A DNA stretch of 64,000 nt from Eledone cirrhosa (GCA_964016885.1 OZ024764.1:3658001-3722000), one strand, 5' to 3'. Positions 1 through 13,099 are shown, counted from the first letter of the stretch. Translations and numbers: made by a program. Notes: generated by a model from the letters alone, not told the origin.

Positions 1-1800
1 CTTCCTAACACCAGCCACATTTACAGTGTGGAACTGGGAGGTTTTTACCGTGTTACCTACACGGCCACATTACCGCGTGGAGTGTGTGTTTTTTTGTCGT
101 GACACCTACACGACCTCATTTGTTTCGGGCTGGATGTTGTGGTACCAACATAACTTTACATTGAAAGGGGTGGTGTGGATGGGGTGGGGGTAGTGGGACG
201 GGGGTGTATTTTGTTAGAGGTGCCTACTGACTGTAGTAGGTTTCACTTTGCACTTAGGTAAGGCGGGTCTTCTCTATTACTGTGTAGCGCCAAAGATCTC
301 GGTCCAGTGACATTGTCTTGGAGAAGTGTAAGTGTGTGAGGTCGGAATTTATCAAGTCGTCCCATGTTTTTCTGGGTCTGCCTACTCCGTGGCTACCGTC
401 TATTTTTATTGCCCTGCACTTTTTTATACAGCTGTCGTCTTTCATGCGCATCACGTGACCATACCAACGTAGTCTTCTCCCTCTTCATCTGATCCCTCTT
501 ATTTCTAATTTCTCCCTTAGTTCGTTTATGCTTTGCCGTTCACGTATATTACTATTACACATCCAGCGGAGCATGCAAGCTTCGTTCCTCTCCAGTCTGC
601 GCAGGTCCTCTGCACACAAAGCCCATGTCTCACTGCCATGTAACATAGCTGTTCGTATGCAGGCATCATACATTCTGCCTTTCATTTTTAGCGAGAACGC
701 TTTAGCGGCCAATAGTGGTATAAGCTCTCTGAACTTTTTCCATCCCATTCTGACTCTAGCTACTGTACTTTCAGAGCACCGTCCCCCACTGCTGATTTTA
801 TCACCCAGGTAACGGAAGCTGTCCACTATTTCTATAGAACCATCTGTGCAATGGAATGAGTTAGTATTTTGTGGGCACTTGCTGCTACTTATTACACCAG
901 AGCACCGGCCACATATAAAATCTATATTCTTAGTAAGCTTACCTGTGATCCCACTACATCTTTTATGTACGCATACTTTGCATTTGGGACATAAAATGGA
1001 GTTTCTGCCTACTCCTTTCCTACACACTCAGCATGGCCATTTCCCAGATGGGACCGGTGCCCTATTTTCCTTCCTACAAACTAGAACTTTAGTCTTAGAC
1101 AAGTTAACTTTAAGGCCTTTTGATTCTAGGCCATGCTTCCATGTTTGGAATTTCTTCTCTAGTTCAACCATTGATTCAGCTATGAGCGTTAGATCATCTG
1201 CGTATAGGAGTTCACATGGGCAGCGGGTCTTGAACTCCTCTGTTATAGCCTGAAGGGCAATAATAAATAGTAGGGGGCTAAGGACGGAGCCCTGATGAAC
1301 ACCAACATTTACGCTAAACTCTTCACTATATTCATTGTTAATTCTAACCTTGCTGACTGTTTCTTTATGCATGGCTTGTATAGCTCTCACAAGCCATTCG
1401 TCAACACCTAGTTTTCTAAGGGCCCACCAGATAATCGAGCGGGGTACTCTGTCAAAGGGTTTCTCCAAGTCAACAAAAGCTAAGTATAGGGGTTTACTTT
1501 TAGCTAGGTACTTCTCCTGTAGTTGTCGTACAATGAAAAGAGCGTCTGTTGTACCTGACACGAACCTGAACTGCATTTCGTCTAGATCAATTCGCTCTCT
1601 GATTAGTTGTGCTATTACTTTTTCTGTGACCTTCATGACCTGGTCAATTAATTTAATGCCTCTATAGTTTCCCCTATCTAGGGCATCACCTTTACCCTTG
1701 TAGAAGTTAATGATGATGCTGCTGCGCCAGTCCTTCGGAACGACCCCATTCTGTATGACTTGGTTTACTATCCGGGTGACCATAGTGTGTCCCACCATTC
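1..1800 (-). mobile_element. RTE-clade LINE (family 1), 5'-truncated and degenerate: RT, C-terminal domain and part of long 3' UTR
   Basis: ORFs 1028..1798, 485..1027 and 254..454 give NYRGIKL, AFVDLEK, GVHQGSVLSP, LLYADD, FRYLG, LHGSETW, GRPRKTW, broken by stops; 1-253 matches the UTR at 9380-9630. Confidence 0.93.
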
Positions 1801-1818
1801 CAGATGCTATATATATAC

Positions 1819-1876
<58 letters not shown>

Positions 1877-1878
<2 letters not shown>

Positions 1879-1958
1879 CATCGTGGCAGAGTGGTTAAGG
1901 CGATGGACTAGAAATCCTTTGGGGTCTCCCCGCATAGGTTCGTATCCTATCGTCGACG
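1877..1958 (+). tRNA. tRNA-Ser(AGA)-derived copy, probably a pseudogene or SINE head
   Basis: GTCATCGTGGCAGAGTGGTTAAGGCGATGGACTAGAAATCCTTTGGGGTCTCCCCGCATAGGTTCGTATCCTATCGTCGACG: 82 nt, A/B boxes, long variable arm, perfect T stem ATAGG/CCTAT; 2 acceptor-stem mismatches and 1 anticodon-stem mismatch. Confidence 0.85.
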
Positions 1959-2042
1959 TATATGCTAATTACTTATTGTTGTTTTAATATTTCCGTTTAA
2001 CCCATGCTAGCGTGGAAGAACGGAAGTAAAACGGTGATGATG

Positions 2043-2073
<31 letters not shown>

Positions 2074-2119
2074 CATATATATACATATATATATACATAT
2101 ATATATACATATATATATA

Positions 2120-2440
2120 CATTGGCCTTGCAATCAAAAGGTTGTGAGTTCAATTCTCAGACCGGGTGATGTGTTGTTTCCTTGAGCAAGACACTTTATT
2201 TCACATTGCTCCAGTTTACTCAGCTGTAGAAATGAGATGATAGGGACTGGGGTCCCTATCATTCCACTGCAGAGTGGTCGTGGAGGTGCCACGGCAAAAA
2301 AGCACCCAGCACTCACTGTAAATGAGGTTGGTGTTAGGAAGGGCATCCAGCTGTAGAAATCAAGCCAGAATCAGTTCCCGTCCCACCCTTGCAAGCAGGG
2401 AAAAGCGGACATAAAATGAAATGATGATGATGATGATGAT
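2120..2440 (+). mobile_element. tRNA-derived SINE family A (5'-truncated) with RTE-type tail
   Basis: B-box GAGTTCAATTC, CORE-like CCTTGAGCAAGACACTT, tail CCCTTGCAAGCAGGGAAAAGCGGAC..(ATG)n; five more copies in the window. Confidence 0.88.
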
Positions 2441-2550
2441 ATATATGTAAAATGCTGAAAAAATATAAGTTATTCCGGGTTGAATCACGGGTAACCACAG
2501 TAAGTAAGGTACTCAATACATAGCAGAGTATAAATGTTTTAATATAGAAA

Positions 2551-2601
2551 AGCTTCTACAGGACTAGAAATGTATCATTCATGAGAAATCATCAGGAAGC
2601 T
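2551..2601 (-). ncRNA. Minimal type-I hammerhead ribozyme motif, GAAA mutated to GATA
   Basis: Minus strand: AGCTTC CTGATGA TTTC-TCAT-GAAT GATAC ATTTCTAGTCCT GTA GAAGCT; 6-bp stem I. Confidence 0.6.
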
Positions 2602-3287
2602 AGCTGTCCAAGTAATTGTGGTGATATTTATATCTTTTCTTTTCTGGTGGTAGGAGAAGGTGGAGATTTGGATGGGTGGAGGTCATTGGTTGAAGGATTT
2701 AAAGAAAAGGGAGTTCATTAAAAGCTAATTCTTTAAAGCTATAATATTAACAAAGGCAGAAAGAATACTTTAAACAAATTCAAATTGGAATACCAATCCT
2801 TGATTATCTCTTAAACTAACAATGCCCGTAAGACAGGTGACTACAGGATGGGTGGGGTTCAATGGTTTAAAGAAAAGGGAAATTCTTTAGAAGCTAATTC
2901 TTTAAGGCTAAAATAAGGGTGACAAAGGCAGAAAGGGTTGTAAGTGTTGGGGTGCTTCCCCTTATTGTGAAGTTTCTCTTAATTTATATTCCAAGTGTCA
3001 ACAAGCACATTGACACTGGCGCCCATTTACACACGTACACATACACACAACATATAAATACATACACACACACACATATATATATACATATAAATACATA
3101 TATACATATATATATATACATATACACACACATATATATATACATATATATATACATATATATATATATAAACAAGGTTTAGAAAATAATGAAAAAGTTT
3201 CAAAATAAATTTTTAAAAATTGACTTTACCTACTATAGTTACCTTTACCGATCGGTTTCGAATCCCCAAAAAAAGGAACACATATCC

Positions 3288-3356
<69 letters not shown>

Positions 3357-3361
3357 AAAAC

Positions 3362-3963
3362 GAAATAAAAAATCAAGTCATTAGAGATATACTTCACTGC
3401 TTTACGATCGTTTCTAGGTGGTGATAATACATTGTATCTATACTCAGTTATTGATCTATGTAAGTTTACAAACTATCAGATAGAGAGAATATTTACTTAC
3501 ATGCATATCACCAGCTGTTTTCAAAAGCAATAATAATTTTATTCAATAATAATTTTACTCAGAATTAGTAGCATGTTAGTATCATGTCCTTATTTGGAGG
3601 TGGTTGAAGAGCTAACAAATCAAATTGTTTTTTTCATATGGGGTTAAGATGAAAAGTAATACACCTAAGTTCAATTCATGACCCTTTGAAAGGAATGGTT
3701 GAAGGTGTTAGTAGAGTTGGCATAAGAATCTATTAGGAAGGAAGGGGTTTGCCAAACTGATAGTTGAATGTATCTGGTATAGTGAATTTAAAAGGAATGT
3801 CAAAATAAATGGTGATTAGTGTTGTATTGAGTTTTAAGGTGAATATAAATTAATGTTATGGCTAGGAAAGATAGTATATTAAAAGGTGGTCAATGTATTA
3901 TCACCATCTAGAAACGATCGTAAAGCAGTGAAGTATATCTCTAATGACTTGATTTTTTATTTC
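3362..3963. repeat. About 72-bp inverted repeats (3362-3433 / 3891-3963), Penelope-like remnant
   Basis: Arms are near-perfect reverse complements and contain the hammerhead 3' half GAAACGATCGTA. Confidence 0.7.
3397..3530 (-). ncRNA. Hammerhead motif with U3-A8 core and long loop II
   Basis: Minus strand: TTGCTT TTGAAAA CAGCTGGTGATA..~80 nt..TATCACCACCTA GAAA CGATCG TA AAGCAG. Confidence 0.55.
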
Positions 3964-4105
3964 ATTGTTTTAACTTATATCATGACTCTGTTTTCCTTTT
4001 AATGTTTTATTGTTATCTTAACCTACAACATTTTCAACATATGGATTACATCGAGTTCTTCATGCAAAATAGACCCCACAACTTACAGTGGATACCTCTG
4101 TATAT

Positions 4106-4451
4106 ATCATCATTTTCATCATTTCATTTTACGTCCGCTTTTTCCCTGCTTGCAAGGGTGGGACGGGAACTGATTCTGGCTTGATTTCTACAGCTGGATG
4201 CCCTTCCTAACACCAACCTCATTTACAGTGAGTGCTGGGTGCTTTTTTGCCGTGGCACCTGCACGACCACTTTGCAGTGGAATGATATGAACCCCAGTCC
4301 CTATCATCTCATTTCTACAGCTGAGTAAACTGGAGCAATGTGAAATAAAGTGTCTTGCTCAAGGAAACAACACATCACCCGGTCTGAGAATTGAACTCAC
4401 AACCTTTCGATTGCAAGGCCAATGCTCTAACCACTAAGCCATGTGCCTCCA
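4106..4451 (-). mobile_element. SINE family A, full length
   Basis: Reverse complement of TGGAGGCACATGGCTTAGTGGTTAGAGC...GCGGACGTAAAATGAAATGATG. Confidence 0.9.
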
Positions 4452-4519
4452 TTATATATATATATTAGAAAGTGAGGTTTTTTTTACAAAATAACCGAGG
4501 TGTCCTACACGAGTGAAAG

Positions 4520-4812
4520 TATAAGGAAAAAAGATGAAAATCGAAAATGCAACTGGAGTCTTTTTTTTTTAAATATATATATTTATTTGGTTCCTTTACC
4601 GGTTTCGCAGTTCTTCTGATTTTCAAAAGTAGAGTTGAGATGGAGGGTCTGTGGCTTTTCACAGATGTGAGAAAAGCCACAGACCCTCCATCTCAACTCT
4701 ACTTTTGAAAAGCAGAAGAACTGCGAAACTGGTAAAGGAACCAAATAAATATATACATTTTTTTAAAAAAAGACTCCAGTTGCATTTTCGATTTTCATCT
4801 TTTTTCCTTATA
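4520..4812. repeat. About 290-bp palindrome (arms 4520-4660 / 4671-4812), one hammerhead motif per arm
   Basis: Arms are reverse complements around a 10-nt spacer. Confidence 0.85.
4702..4737 (+). ncRNA. Minimal hammerhead motif with U3-A8 core (mirror copy 4594-4629 on minus)
   Basis: CTT TTGAAAA GCAG-AAGAA-CTGC GAAA CTGG TA AAG; mirror copy has GAAACCGGTA; stem I only 3 bp. Confidence 0.5.
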
Positions 4813-4869
4813 TATATATATATATATGTCCTTACCATCTCAGTCTTCTCTCCTGCACACCACAACTTA

Positions 4870-5210
4870 TCCCTCTTGACATTACACATCCAACGGAGCA
4901 TGCTTGCTTCATTTCTCTCCAGCCGTCGCATGTCCTCTGCAGTTGCTGACCATGTCTCACTACCATGCAGCAAGTGCATCTCACCAGGCTTTCATCATAT
5001 AACCGGCCTTTTGTTCAGAGGAAGAAACCCTTCGTTGTCAACAGGGGAAGCAGCTCCCTAAACATGGGCGGAGGTGGTGAGAGCAGACCTCAGATCGCTG
5101 AAACTCACGGAGGAGATGATGAAGGACCGTGACGGGTGGAGAGATGCTGTGCTGAATAGGACCCGTCCAACCCTTGTAAGCAGGGAAAAGCAGACATAAA
5201 ATGATGATGA
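4870..5210. mobile_element. RTE family 2 fragment with 5' inversion
   Basis: 4870-5061 is antisense (LHGSETW..WMCNV); 5060-5210 is the sense 3' end with (ATG)n tail. Confidence 0.75.
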
Positions 5211-5305
5211 TATATATAGATACATATATATATATATATATATAGATACATATATATATATATACACACACATACATACACACATACACATACACTTACA
5301 TCCAC

Positions 5306-5344
<39 letters not shown>

Positions 5345-5564
5345 AACATACATACATATATATATATACACACACATACATATACATATATACACATACA
5401 TATACATGTGTGTGCATACGCATACATATATATATATATACACACACACATATACATACATACACAAATACATACACATATACACACACATGGATATACA
5501 CACACTAGGATACTAGCTCCTTCTATTGCCCAGATGGTTCTATAGAAATAGTAGACACTTTCCA

Positions 5565-5962
5565 TTACCTGGGTGATAAAATCAGCAGTGGAGGAGGGTG
5601 CTCTGAAAGTACTGTAACCAGAGTCAGAACGGGGTGGAAAAAGTTGAGAGAGCTTATACCACTATTAGCTGCTAAAGGGTTCTCTCTAAAAATGAAAGGC
5701 AGACTGCATGATGCCTGTATACGAACAGCAATGTTACATGGCAGTGAGACTTGGGCTTTGTGTGTTGAGGACCTGCGCAGACTGGAAAGGAATGAAGCTT
5801 GCATGCTCCGTTGGATGTGTAATAGTAATATACGTGAACAGCAAAGCATAAATGAACTAAGTGAGAAATTAGGAATAAGAGGGATCAGATGCTGTTTACT
5901 CGAGAGAAGACTACGTTGGTATGGTCACGTGATGTGCATAAAAGACGACAGCTGTATAAAAA
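5565..5962 (+). mobile_element. RTE family 1 C-terminal fragment
   Basis: ORF 5644..6012 is nearly the same as ORF 485..1027. Confidence 0.88.
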
Positions 5963-5994
5963 ATATACATATAAATACCTATATACAAGGATAT

Positions 5995-6550
5995 CTTACT
6001 TGGCGCCTATGACAGTAAAGAAGAACAGATAGAGACATTAGAGAAGTAGAAGAACACTGGGAGTTTCTAAAAAATAACTTACTAAAGGTGATGGATAAGA
6101 TTTGTGGTTGGAGCAAGACCACAGGGAGGAGGAGAGTGACTTGGTAGTGGAACAATAAGGTAGATGAGGCAGTTAAAGCTAAGAGACGGGCATGGAAAGA
6201 ATGGAGGAATGGAGAAAGCAGGGTACAGTAGATAGAGACCAGGAGGGAAGCTAGGCGACAAGTGTACTTAGCTAGAAAGGAAGCAGAGGATAAAAAATTC
6301 AAGCATGTTTTGCAGCGTGAGGACCAGAAACAGGAGGTGTGAAGGATTGCGAGGCAGTGTGACAGAGAGAACTGTGATGTCATTGGAGAGAAGTGTGTCT
6401 GGAAGATAAAGGTGAGCTTGCCCTCACAAGTGCTGAGAAGAAAGCTGTGTGGAAGAGCCATTATGAAAGATTATGAAATGAAGAGAATGCATGGGAGAAA
6501 GAGACTCTACCCCAAGTGGACCCTATAGGGGGACCAGCCATACAAGTCAG
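5995..6550 (+). mobile_element. RTE internal fragment (region upstream of RT)
   Basis: Homologous to 49074-49330 and to 19319-19441; has stops. Confidence 0.7.
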
Positions 6551-6551
6551 C

Positions 6552-6925
6552 TCAGCGCCTATGGTGGTGAGTAAGGAGGTAGCTCTGGGGCTGAGGACAC
6601 CAGAAGTCTCCACTGCCAGGTGTACGACCGCAAACCTGTCGAAGAGCGACCGATATTTGAAGAGTTTGGCCCCCCTCAGCTCGACGTGCAGAACCTGGGT
6701 CAGTCGCAGACTGCACCAGGTTGCGGCTGCAGAAAGTGTCAGTGCAAGTGGCATCCCAGACGAGGGGTTTGCCACAGCAGAACGGCAAGATGGTCATGCC
6801 ATCTGGCCTTTTGCTGTCCCCTCGATCCAGCCCCACCAGCTCAAGCTGGGAAGGGAAGCCTGCAGCGTCCAAGCCACGCTTACTGACCTCGTTGAGGGCA
6901 GCATGGCGTGGGATGCAGCCGGCAC
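6552..6925 (-). mobile_element. Restriction-like endonuclease domain of a CRE/R2-type non-LTR element, frameshifted relic
   Basis: RHAALN..RPDGMTILPF..GKPLVWDATCTDT, then K..KY..AVETSG in the next frame. Confidence 0.7.
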
Positions 6926-7109
6926 TGTGGCATCTGTAGAAACACATGAGAGCAACAAGAGACCGAACACGTCCACTTGTATGAAAACACAGACACACTC
7001 TAGCCTCTCATACTTATTTCTACTGCTACTATAATGGCACCTGCTCCTCACAACTGGTTGACATCAGGTCATAGTCACTGAGGCATGACTGACACCACAT
7101 CACAACACA

Positions 7110-8085
7110 TCCCACCAGAACACTGCACCACCACCTCACAACTACCACTACCCACCACCACACGACTACCACCACCACCACACAACTACCACCACTACCT
7201 CCACACCACCACCATGACTACCACCACCACCAAACGACTACCCCCACTACCACCACACCACCACCATCACCACACAACTACCACCACACCACCACCACCA
7301 CCACACAACTATCACCACTACCACCACACCACCACCACCACACGACTACCACCACTACCACACCACCATCACCACACGACTACCACGACTACCACCACAC
7401 CACCACCACCATACCACCACCAACACACGACTATCACCACCACCACAACATGACTACCACCACCACACGACTACCACCATCACACAACTACCCCCACCAC
7501 ACGACTACCACCACACCACCACACAACTACCACTACACAAACACCACCACACAACTACCACCACCACCACTACACGACTATCACCACCACACAACTACCC
7601 CCACCACACAACTATCACCAGCACCACACGACAACCACCACGACCACCACACCACCCCCACCACACGACTACCACCACACCACTACCACCACAACACCAC
7701 AACACCACCACCACAACACCACCACTTCAACACCACTACAACAACCACAACACCACCACCACCACAATACAAACACCACCACCACAACACCACCACCACC
7801 ATAACAACACCAACACCACCACCACCATAACACCAACACCACCACCACCATAACACCACCACCAACACCACCACACCACCACAACACCACTATCAACACC
7901 ACCACACCACCACAACCACACGACTACCACACCAACAGACTACCACCACCACCACCACCACCACAACCAACAGACCACCACCACCACAACACCACCACAA
8001 CACCACCAACACCACCACACCACCACACCACCAACACCACCACCAACACACTACCACCACCACCACCACACCACCACCACCACTA
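7110..8085 (+). repeat. (ACC/ACA)n-rich low-complexity tract
   Basis: Degenerate CAC/CCA triplets. Confidence 0.95.
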
Positions 8086-8493
8086 CATCCTGTTTCAGTT
8101 TCTTGGAATTAACAGAACTTTCACTTTAAATAAGACAGCCTCAGTCGACTGACTGTATATATGTATATACACTGATATATACACCCTCCTGTGTATATAA
8201 CTGTCTCTTATATATACACCCTCCTGTGTATATATTTATCTTATATACACATCCTAGCATATATATACAACTATATATATACGTATAACTATATAATTGA
8301 AATTATATAGTTCACATTGAAGAAGAACTTCGTCGGGTAAGTTTACTAATTTTTACTAATAGGCTAGGTAGCCGGTAAAGCCTAAAGGGATGCAATACAC
8401 ATCGCTACAGCGTTTCACCAGCTCAACCATTCATACATGTGAGTGTACGTAATAATTATTTTGTATAATCTGCATATTAATGAATATGTATGA

Positions 8494-8726
8494 GTAGATG
8501 TGTGTATATATTTACCTGTAGATGTGTGTATATGTAGGTTTACAGGTCACTTGTCTATATCTGTCTATATATCTACCTGTAGATGTGTGTATATGTAGGT
8601 TTACACCTCTCTTGTCTCTACCTGTCTATATATTTACCTGTAGATGTGTGTATATGTAGGTTTACACCTCTCTTGTCTCTATCTGTCTATATATCTATCT
8701 GTAGATGTGTGTATATGTAGGTTTAC
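8494..8726 (+). repeat. About 61-bp tandem repeat, about 4 copies
   Basis: TGTAGATGTGTGTATATGTAGGTTTACA recurs near 8518, 8578, 8639 and 8700. Confidence 0.85.
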
Positions 8727-9001
8727 ATTAGTCAAGCAATCACAGACTTTTAGTATTGTATAGATAAATTGACAGATATAAATATTTTCAAACCAACACA
8801 CAAACATATATATATATTCACACAAACACACACACATATATATATATATATATTCACACAAACACACATATATATATATATATATATATATTCACACAAA
8901 CACACACATATATATATATATATTCACACAAACACACACACACATATATATATATTCACACAAACACACACACACATATATATATATATATATTCACACA
9001 A

Positions 9002-9069
<68 letters not shown>

Positions 9070-9167
9070 CGAAGGAAATGTGGTAAGGAACCAGATGGAC
9101 CATAACGCACCAAAGTACTCAATACTTAGGGTAGTAGACAGCTAATTCTGGACTTTTTAGTCCAGAA

Positions 9168-9878
9168 GGCTACGTTGGTATGGTCACGTGATGCGCATGA
9201 AAGACAACAGCTGTATAACAAAGTGCAGGGCAATAAAGATAGATGGTAGCCACGGAGTAAGGAAATCCTGGGACGAGCTGATAAATTCCGACCTCACACA
9301 CTTACACCTCTCCAAGACAATGTCTCTGGACCGAGACCTTTGGCGGTACTCAGTAACAGAGAAGACCCGCCTTACCTAAATACAAAGTAAAACCTACTAC
9401 AGTCAGTAGGCATCTCTAACAAAATACACCCCCGTCCCACCACCCCCACCCCATCCACACCGCCCCCTTCAATGCAAAGCTATGTTGGTGCCACAACATC
9501 CAGGCCGAAACAAATGAGATTGTGTAGGTGTCACGACAAAAAACACAGTCCACGCTGTAATGTGGCCGTGTAGGCAACACGGTAAAAACCTCCCAGCCCC
9601 ACACTGTAAATGTGGTTGGTGTTAGGAAGGGCATCCAGCTGTAGAAAACCCGCCAGACAGTCCACACTGTAATGTGGCCGTGTAGGCAACACGGTAAAAA
9701 CCTCCCAGTCCACACTGTAAATGTGGTTGGTGTTAGGAAGGGCATCCAGCTGTAGAAAACACGCCAGACAGTCCTATGCGAGCAAGACAACCACTCTTGC
9801 CTCAAGTGGGAAAACCCCCGTCCAAACCCATGCAAGCGTGGAACACGGATGTTAAACGATGATGATGATGATGATGAT
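9168..9878 (+). mobile_element. RTE family 1 3' end with complete ~500-nt 3' UTR and (GAT)n tail
   Basis: ORF 9188..9379 matches 254..454; UTR has duplicated GTTGGTGTTAGGAAGGGCATCCAGCTG modules. Confidence 0.88.
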
Positions 9879-10292
9879 ATTCACACAAACACACACATAC
9901 AAACATATATATTCACACAAACACACACACACATATATATATATTCACACAAACACACACATATATATATTCACACAAACACACACACACATATATATAT
10001 ATTCACACAAACACACACATATATATATATATATATATTCACACAAACACACACATATATATATATATATTCACACAAACACACACTTATATATATATAT
10101 TCACACAAACATATATTCACACAAACACACACACACAAACATATATATTCACACAAACACACACACACATATATATATATATTCACACAAACACACATAT
10201 ATATATATTCACACAAACACACACACACAAACATATATATATATATATTCACACAAACACACACAAACATATATATATATATATTCACACAA

Positions 10293-10324
<32 letters not shown>

Positions 10325-10332
10325 TCACACAA

Positions 10333-10364
<32 letters not shown>

Positions 10365-10759
10365 TCACACAAACACACACACACACACATATATATATAT
10401 TCACACAAACACACACATATATATATATATATTCACACAAACACACACATATATAAATATATTCACACATACACACACACACACTCACCACCATCGGTAC
10501 GGAGGTGGCCGCATCTCCCCCACCAATCCTCCCGGGAAACGCCTTCTCTATTCTGTCCACCGGGGTCACCAGAGGGTGGGTCCCCTTTGCTGATAATAGT
10601 AAGAAGTAGGAAGAAAGACAGGGGCAGTGATTTAGACAATTTCTCAATATGGCTTCTGTAGACTCAATTTCTTTTCCAAGAACTGAGTCGACTTCTTCAC
10701 TCATACAAAAGTATATATATCTGTGTGTGTGTGTGTGTATAGTACACACATACACACAC

Positions 10760-10793
<34 letters not shown>

Positions 10794-10816
10794 ATATAGT
10801 ACACACATACACACAC

Positions 10817-10852
<36 letters not shown>

Positions 10853-11235
10853 ATATATAGTACACACATACACACACATATATATATATATGTGTGTGTG
10901 TATGTGTGTATATAGTACACACATACACACACATATATATATATATCTGTATGTGTGTATGTGTGTATATAGTACACACATACACACACATATATATATA
11001 TATATCTGTGTGTGTGTGTGTGTGTGTGTATATAGTACACACACACACACAGATATATATATATATATCTGTGTGTGTGTGTACTATATACACACACACA
11101 TATATATATATGTGTGTGGTGTGTGTGTATATAGTACACACATACACACACACATATATGTGTGTGTGTGTGTGTGTATAGTACGCACATACACACATAC
11201 ATATATATATATATATCTGTGTATGTGCGTACTAT

Positions 11236-11271
<36 letters not shown>

Positions 11272-11812
11272 GTGTGTGTGTATATAGTACACACACACAC
11301 AGATATATATATATATATCTGTGTGTGTGTGTGTACTATATACACACACACCACACACATATATGTGTGTGTGTGTATATAGTACACACATACACACACA
11401 CATATATATATATGTGTGTGTGTGTGTGTGTATAGTACGCACATACACACACAGATATATATATATATATCTGTGTGTGTATGTGTGTGTATATAGTACG
11501 CACATACACACACAGATATATATATATATATCTGTGTGTGTGTGTACTATATACACACACACATATATATATATGTGTGTGTGTGTGTATGTATATAGTA
11601 CACACATACACACACACATATATATATATGTGTGTGTGTGTGTATATAGTACACACATATATATATATGTGTGTGTGTGTGTATAGTACGCACATACACA
11701 CACAGATATATATATATATATGTGTGTGTGTGTATGTGTGTACTATATACACACACACACATATATATATATATGTGTGTGTACTATATATACACACACA
11801 CACATATATATA
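9879..11812. repeat. Compound (TA)n/(CA)n minisatellite blocks
   Basis: TATTCACACAAACACAC units (also 8790-9060) and TATAGTACAC/GTGTACTATA units in both orientations. Confidence 0.9.
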
Positions 11813-11996
11813 TTTTTTTTTTTTAAACATCATTTTATTCTGAGTTAAGGCTCTCTTGATTTTTCCCTGGATTTCACAAAATTCTGTGGATAAATCTATA
11901 TCTTGAATTTTTTTTAATTGAGTTTGAATTATTTTCCCACATCTGACGTTAACTATTTTTCCATTTTGACGTTATAGTCACTTATATATCACTTTA

Positions 11997-12340
11997 GAAG
12001 GAGAATCAGGGTGGAGAGAGAGGCACTGCACCCCAGTAAATTTACTGAATGAAAGGTGGGTGAATGAAGCGAAAATGGCCCGAGTGATTGGGCCTTCTCT
12101 GTTTATAAGCCTGTAGGTTGAGGAAGAGAGCAAAAGGAAGAAAGGAGCACTTGCACAACACGCTCCTCGAGTTGGGTGTTGTTCTATCGACGGGGTATTA
12201 AACAACCCATTTGTGGCGCCTCCCCCCTATTGGGGATTTCGATTGTTGAAATTGTTTGTTTTTATATTTTTTACACGACTGTATGTAAAATCCCTGGCAT
12301 GTCTTTGTATTGTCCCCTTTCTTGTTGCGCCCTTGTGGGG
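11997..12340 (+). mobile_element. Tx1-clade LINE 3' fragment (diverged relative of 29120-34764)
   Basis: GAGAGAGAGG..TGAAAGGTGGGTGAA..AGCCTGTAGGT matches 34419-34745. Confidence 0.75.
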
Positions 12341-12344
12341 CATT

Positions 12345-12605
12345 GGTTAAGTTTAACGTCCTCGAAATTGAAAGTGGATTTTTTGACAAGTGAATGTGTT
12401 TGTTTGTTTTTTTACAATGAAATTTACGATACACTCTTTGTTTATTTACAACAGGTCTCTATAGTGATATGGTGTTAATTAGTATTGCGTGTGTGATTAT
12501 TTTCTCTTATATATATATATGTGTGATTTCACTGTAAAAAAAAACAAAAACACATTCACTTGTCAAAAAATCCACTTTCAATTTCGAGGACGTTAAACTT
12601 AACCA
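12345..12605. repeat. Short inverted-repeat element, same family as 13475-14140
   Basis: GGTTAAGTTTAACGTCCTCGAAATTGAAA at 12345 and its reverse complement ending near 12605. Confidence 0.75.
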
Positions 12606-13099
12606 ATGCCATATATATATATACATTCAGTTATTAGGAGTATTCCAAAGCTTGGTAGAACAAGTTGTGAGGAAAGTTCTCAACATACGTTAAGGTGACT
12701 CGACAGGTTGGTAGGGATTCTGTCGTGGAAACACGAACAAACGAGGAGTGTAATCAAAGAAGAGAAATAGGACGAAGGTAAACAGTTACAAGATTAAATT
12801 CTTTTGTAACACCTTAATGGGACACGGGTATACAATACCTAACTCCTATTAACCTAAGTATATATATATATACATACATATACACACACACGATGGAAGT
12901 TGTATTTTAAACAATGACGAAATATGTACTTTTAAAAGTGTAACACTGGTCACTGTTTTCGAAGGTTTGTCACCCCATACTTCGTTAACTCCCCGTTAGT
13001 GCCTGATGGACATACACAGGCACACACACATATATATATATATGTATATATATATTAATTCAAAATATTAACTAATATAGACATTCGTGTGATCAAGTA

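Noticed and set aside
1285-1305. CTGATGA/CTGACGA matches in RTE copies (also 27250, 37277, 50030)
   Set aside because: Coding sequence (HQG, YADD) without hammerhead stems or a properly placed GAAA
7085-7930. Thr/Pro/His-rich mucin-like ORFs
   Set aside because: Degenerate ACC repeat open in several frames on both strands
9849-11843. Long ORFs rich in Y/I/H/T/C/V (also 47025-47580, 54100-58270, 61316-61747)
   Set aside because: Translations of (TA)n/(CA)n microsatellites that lack stops by composition
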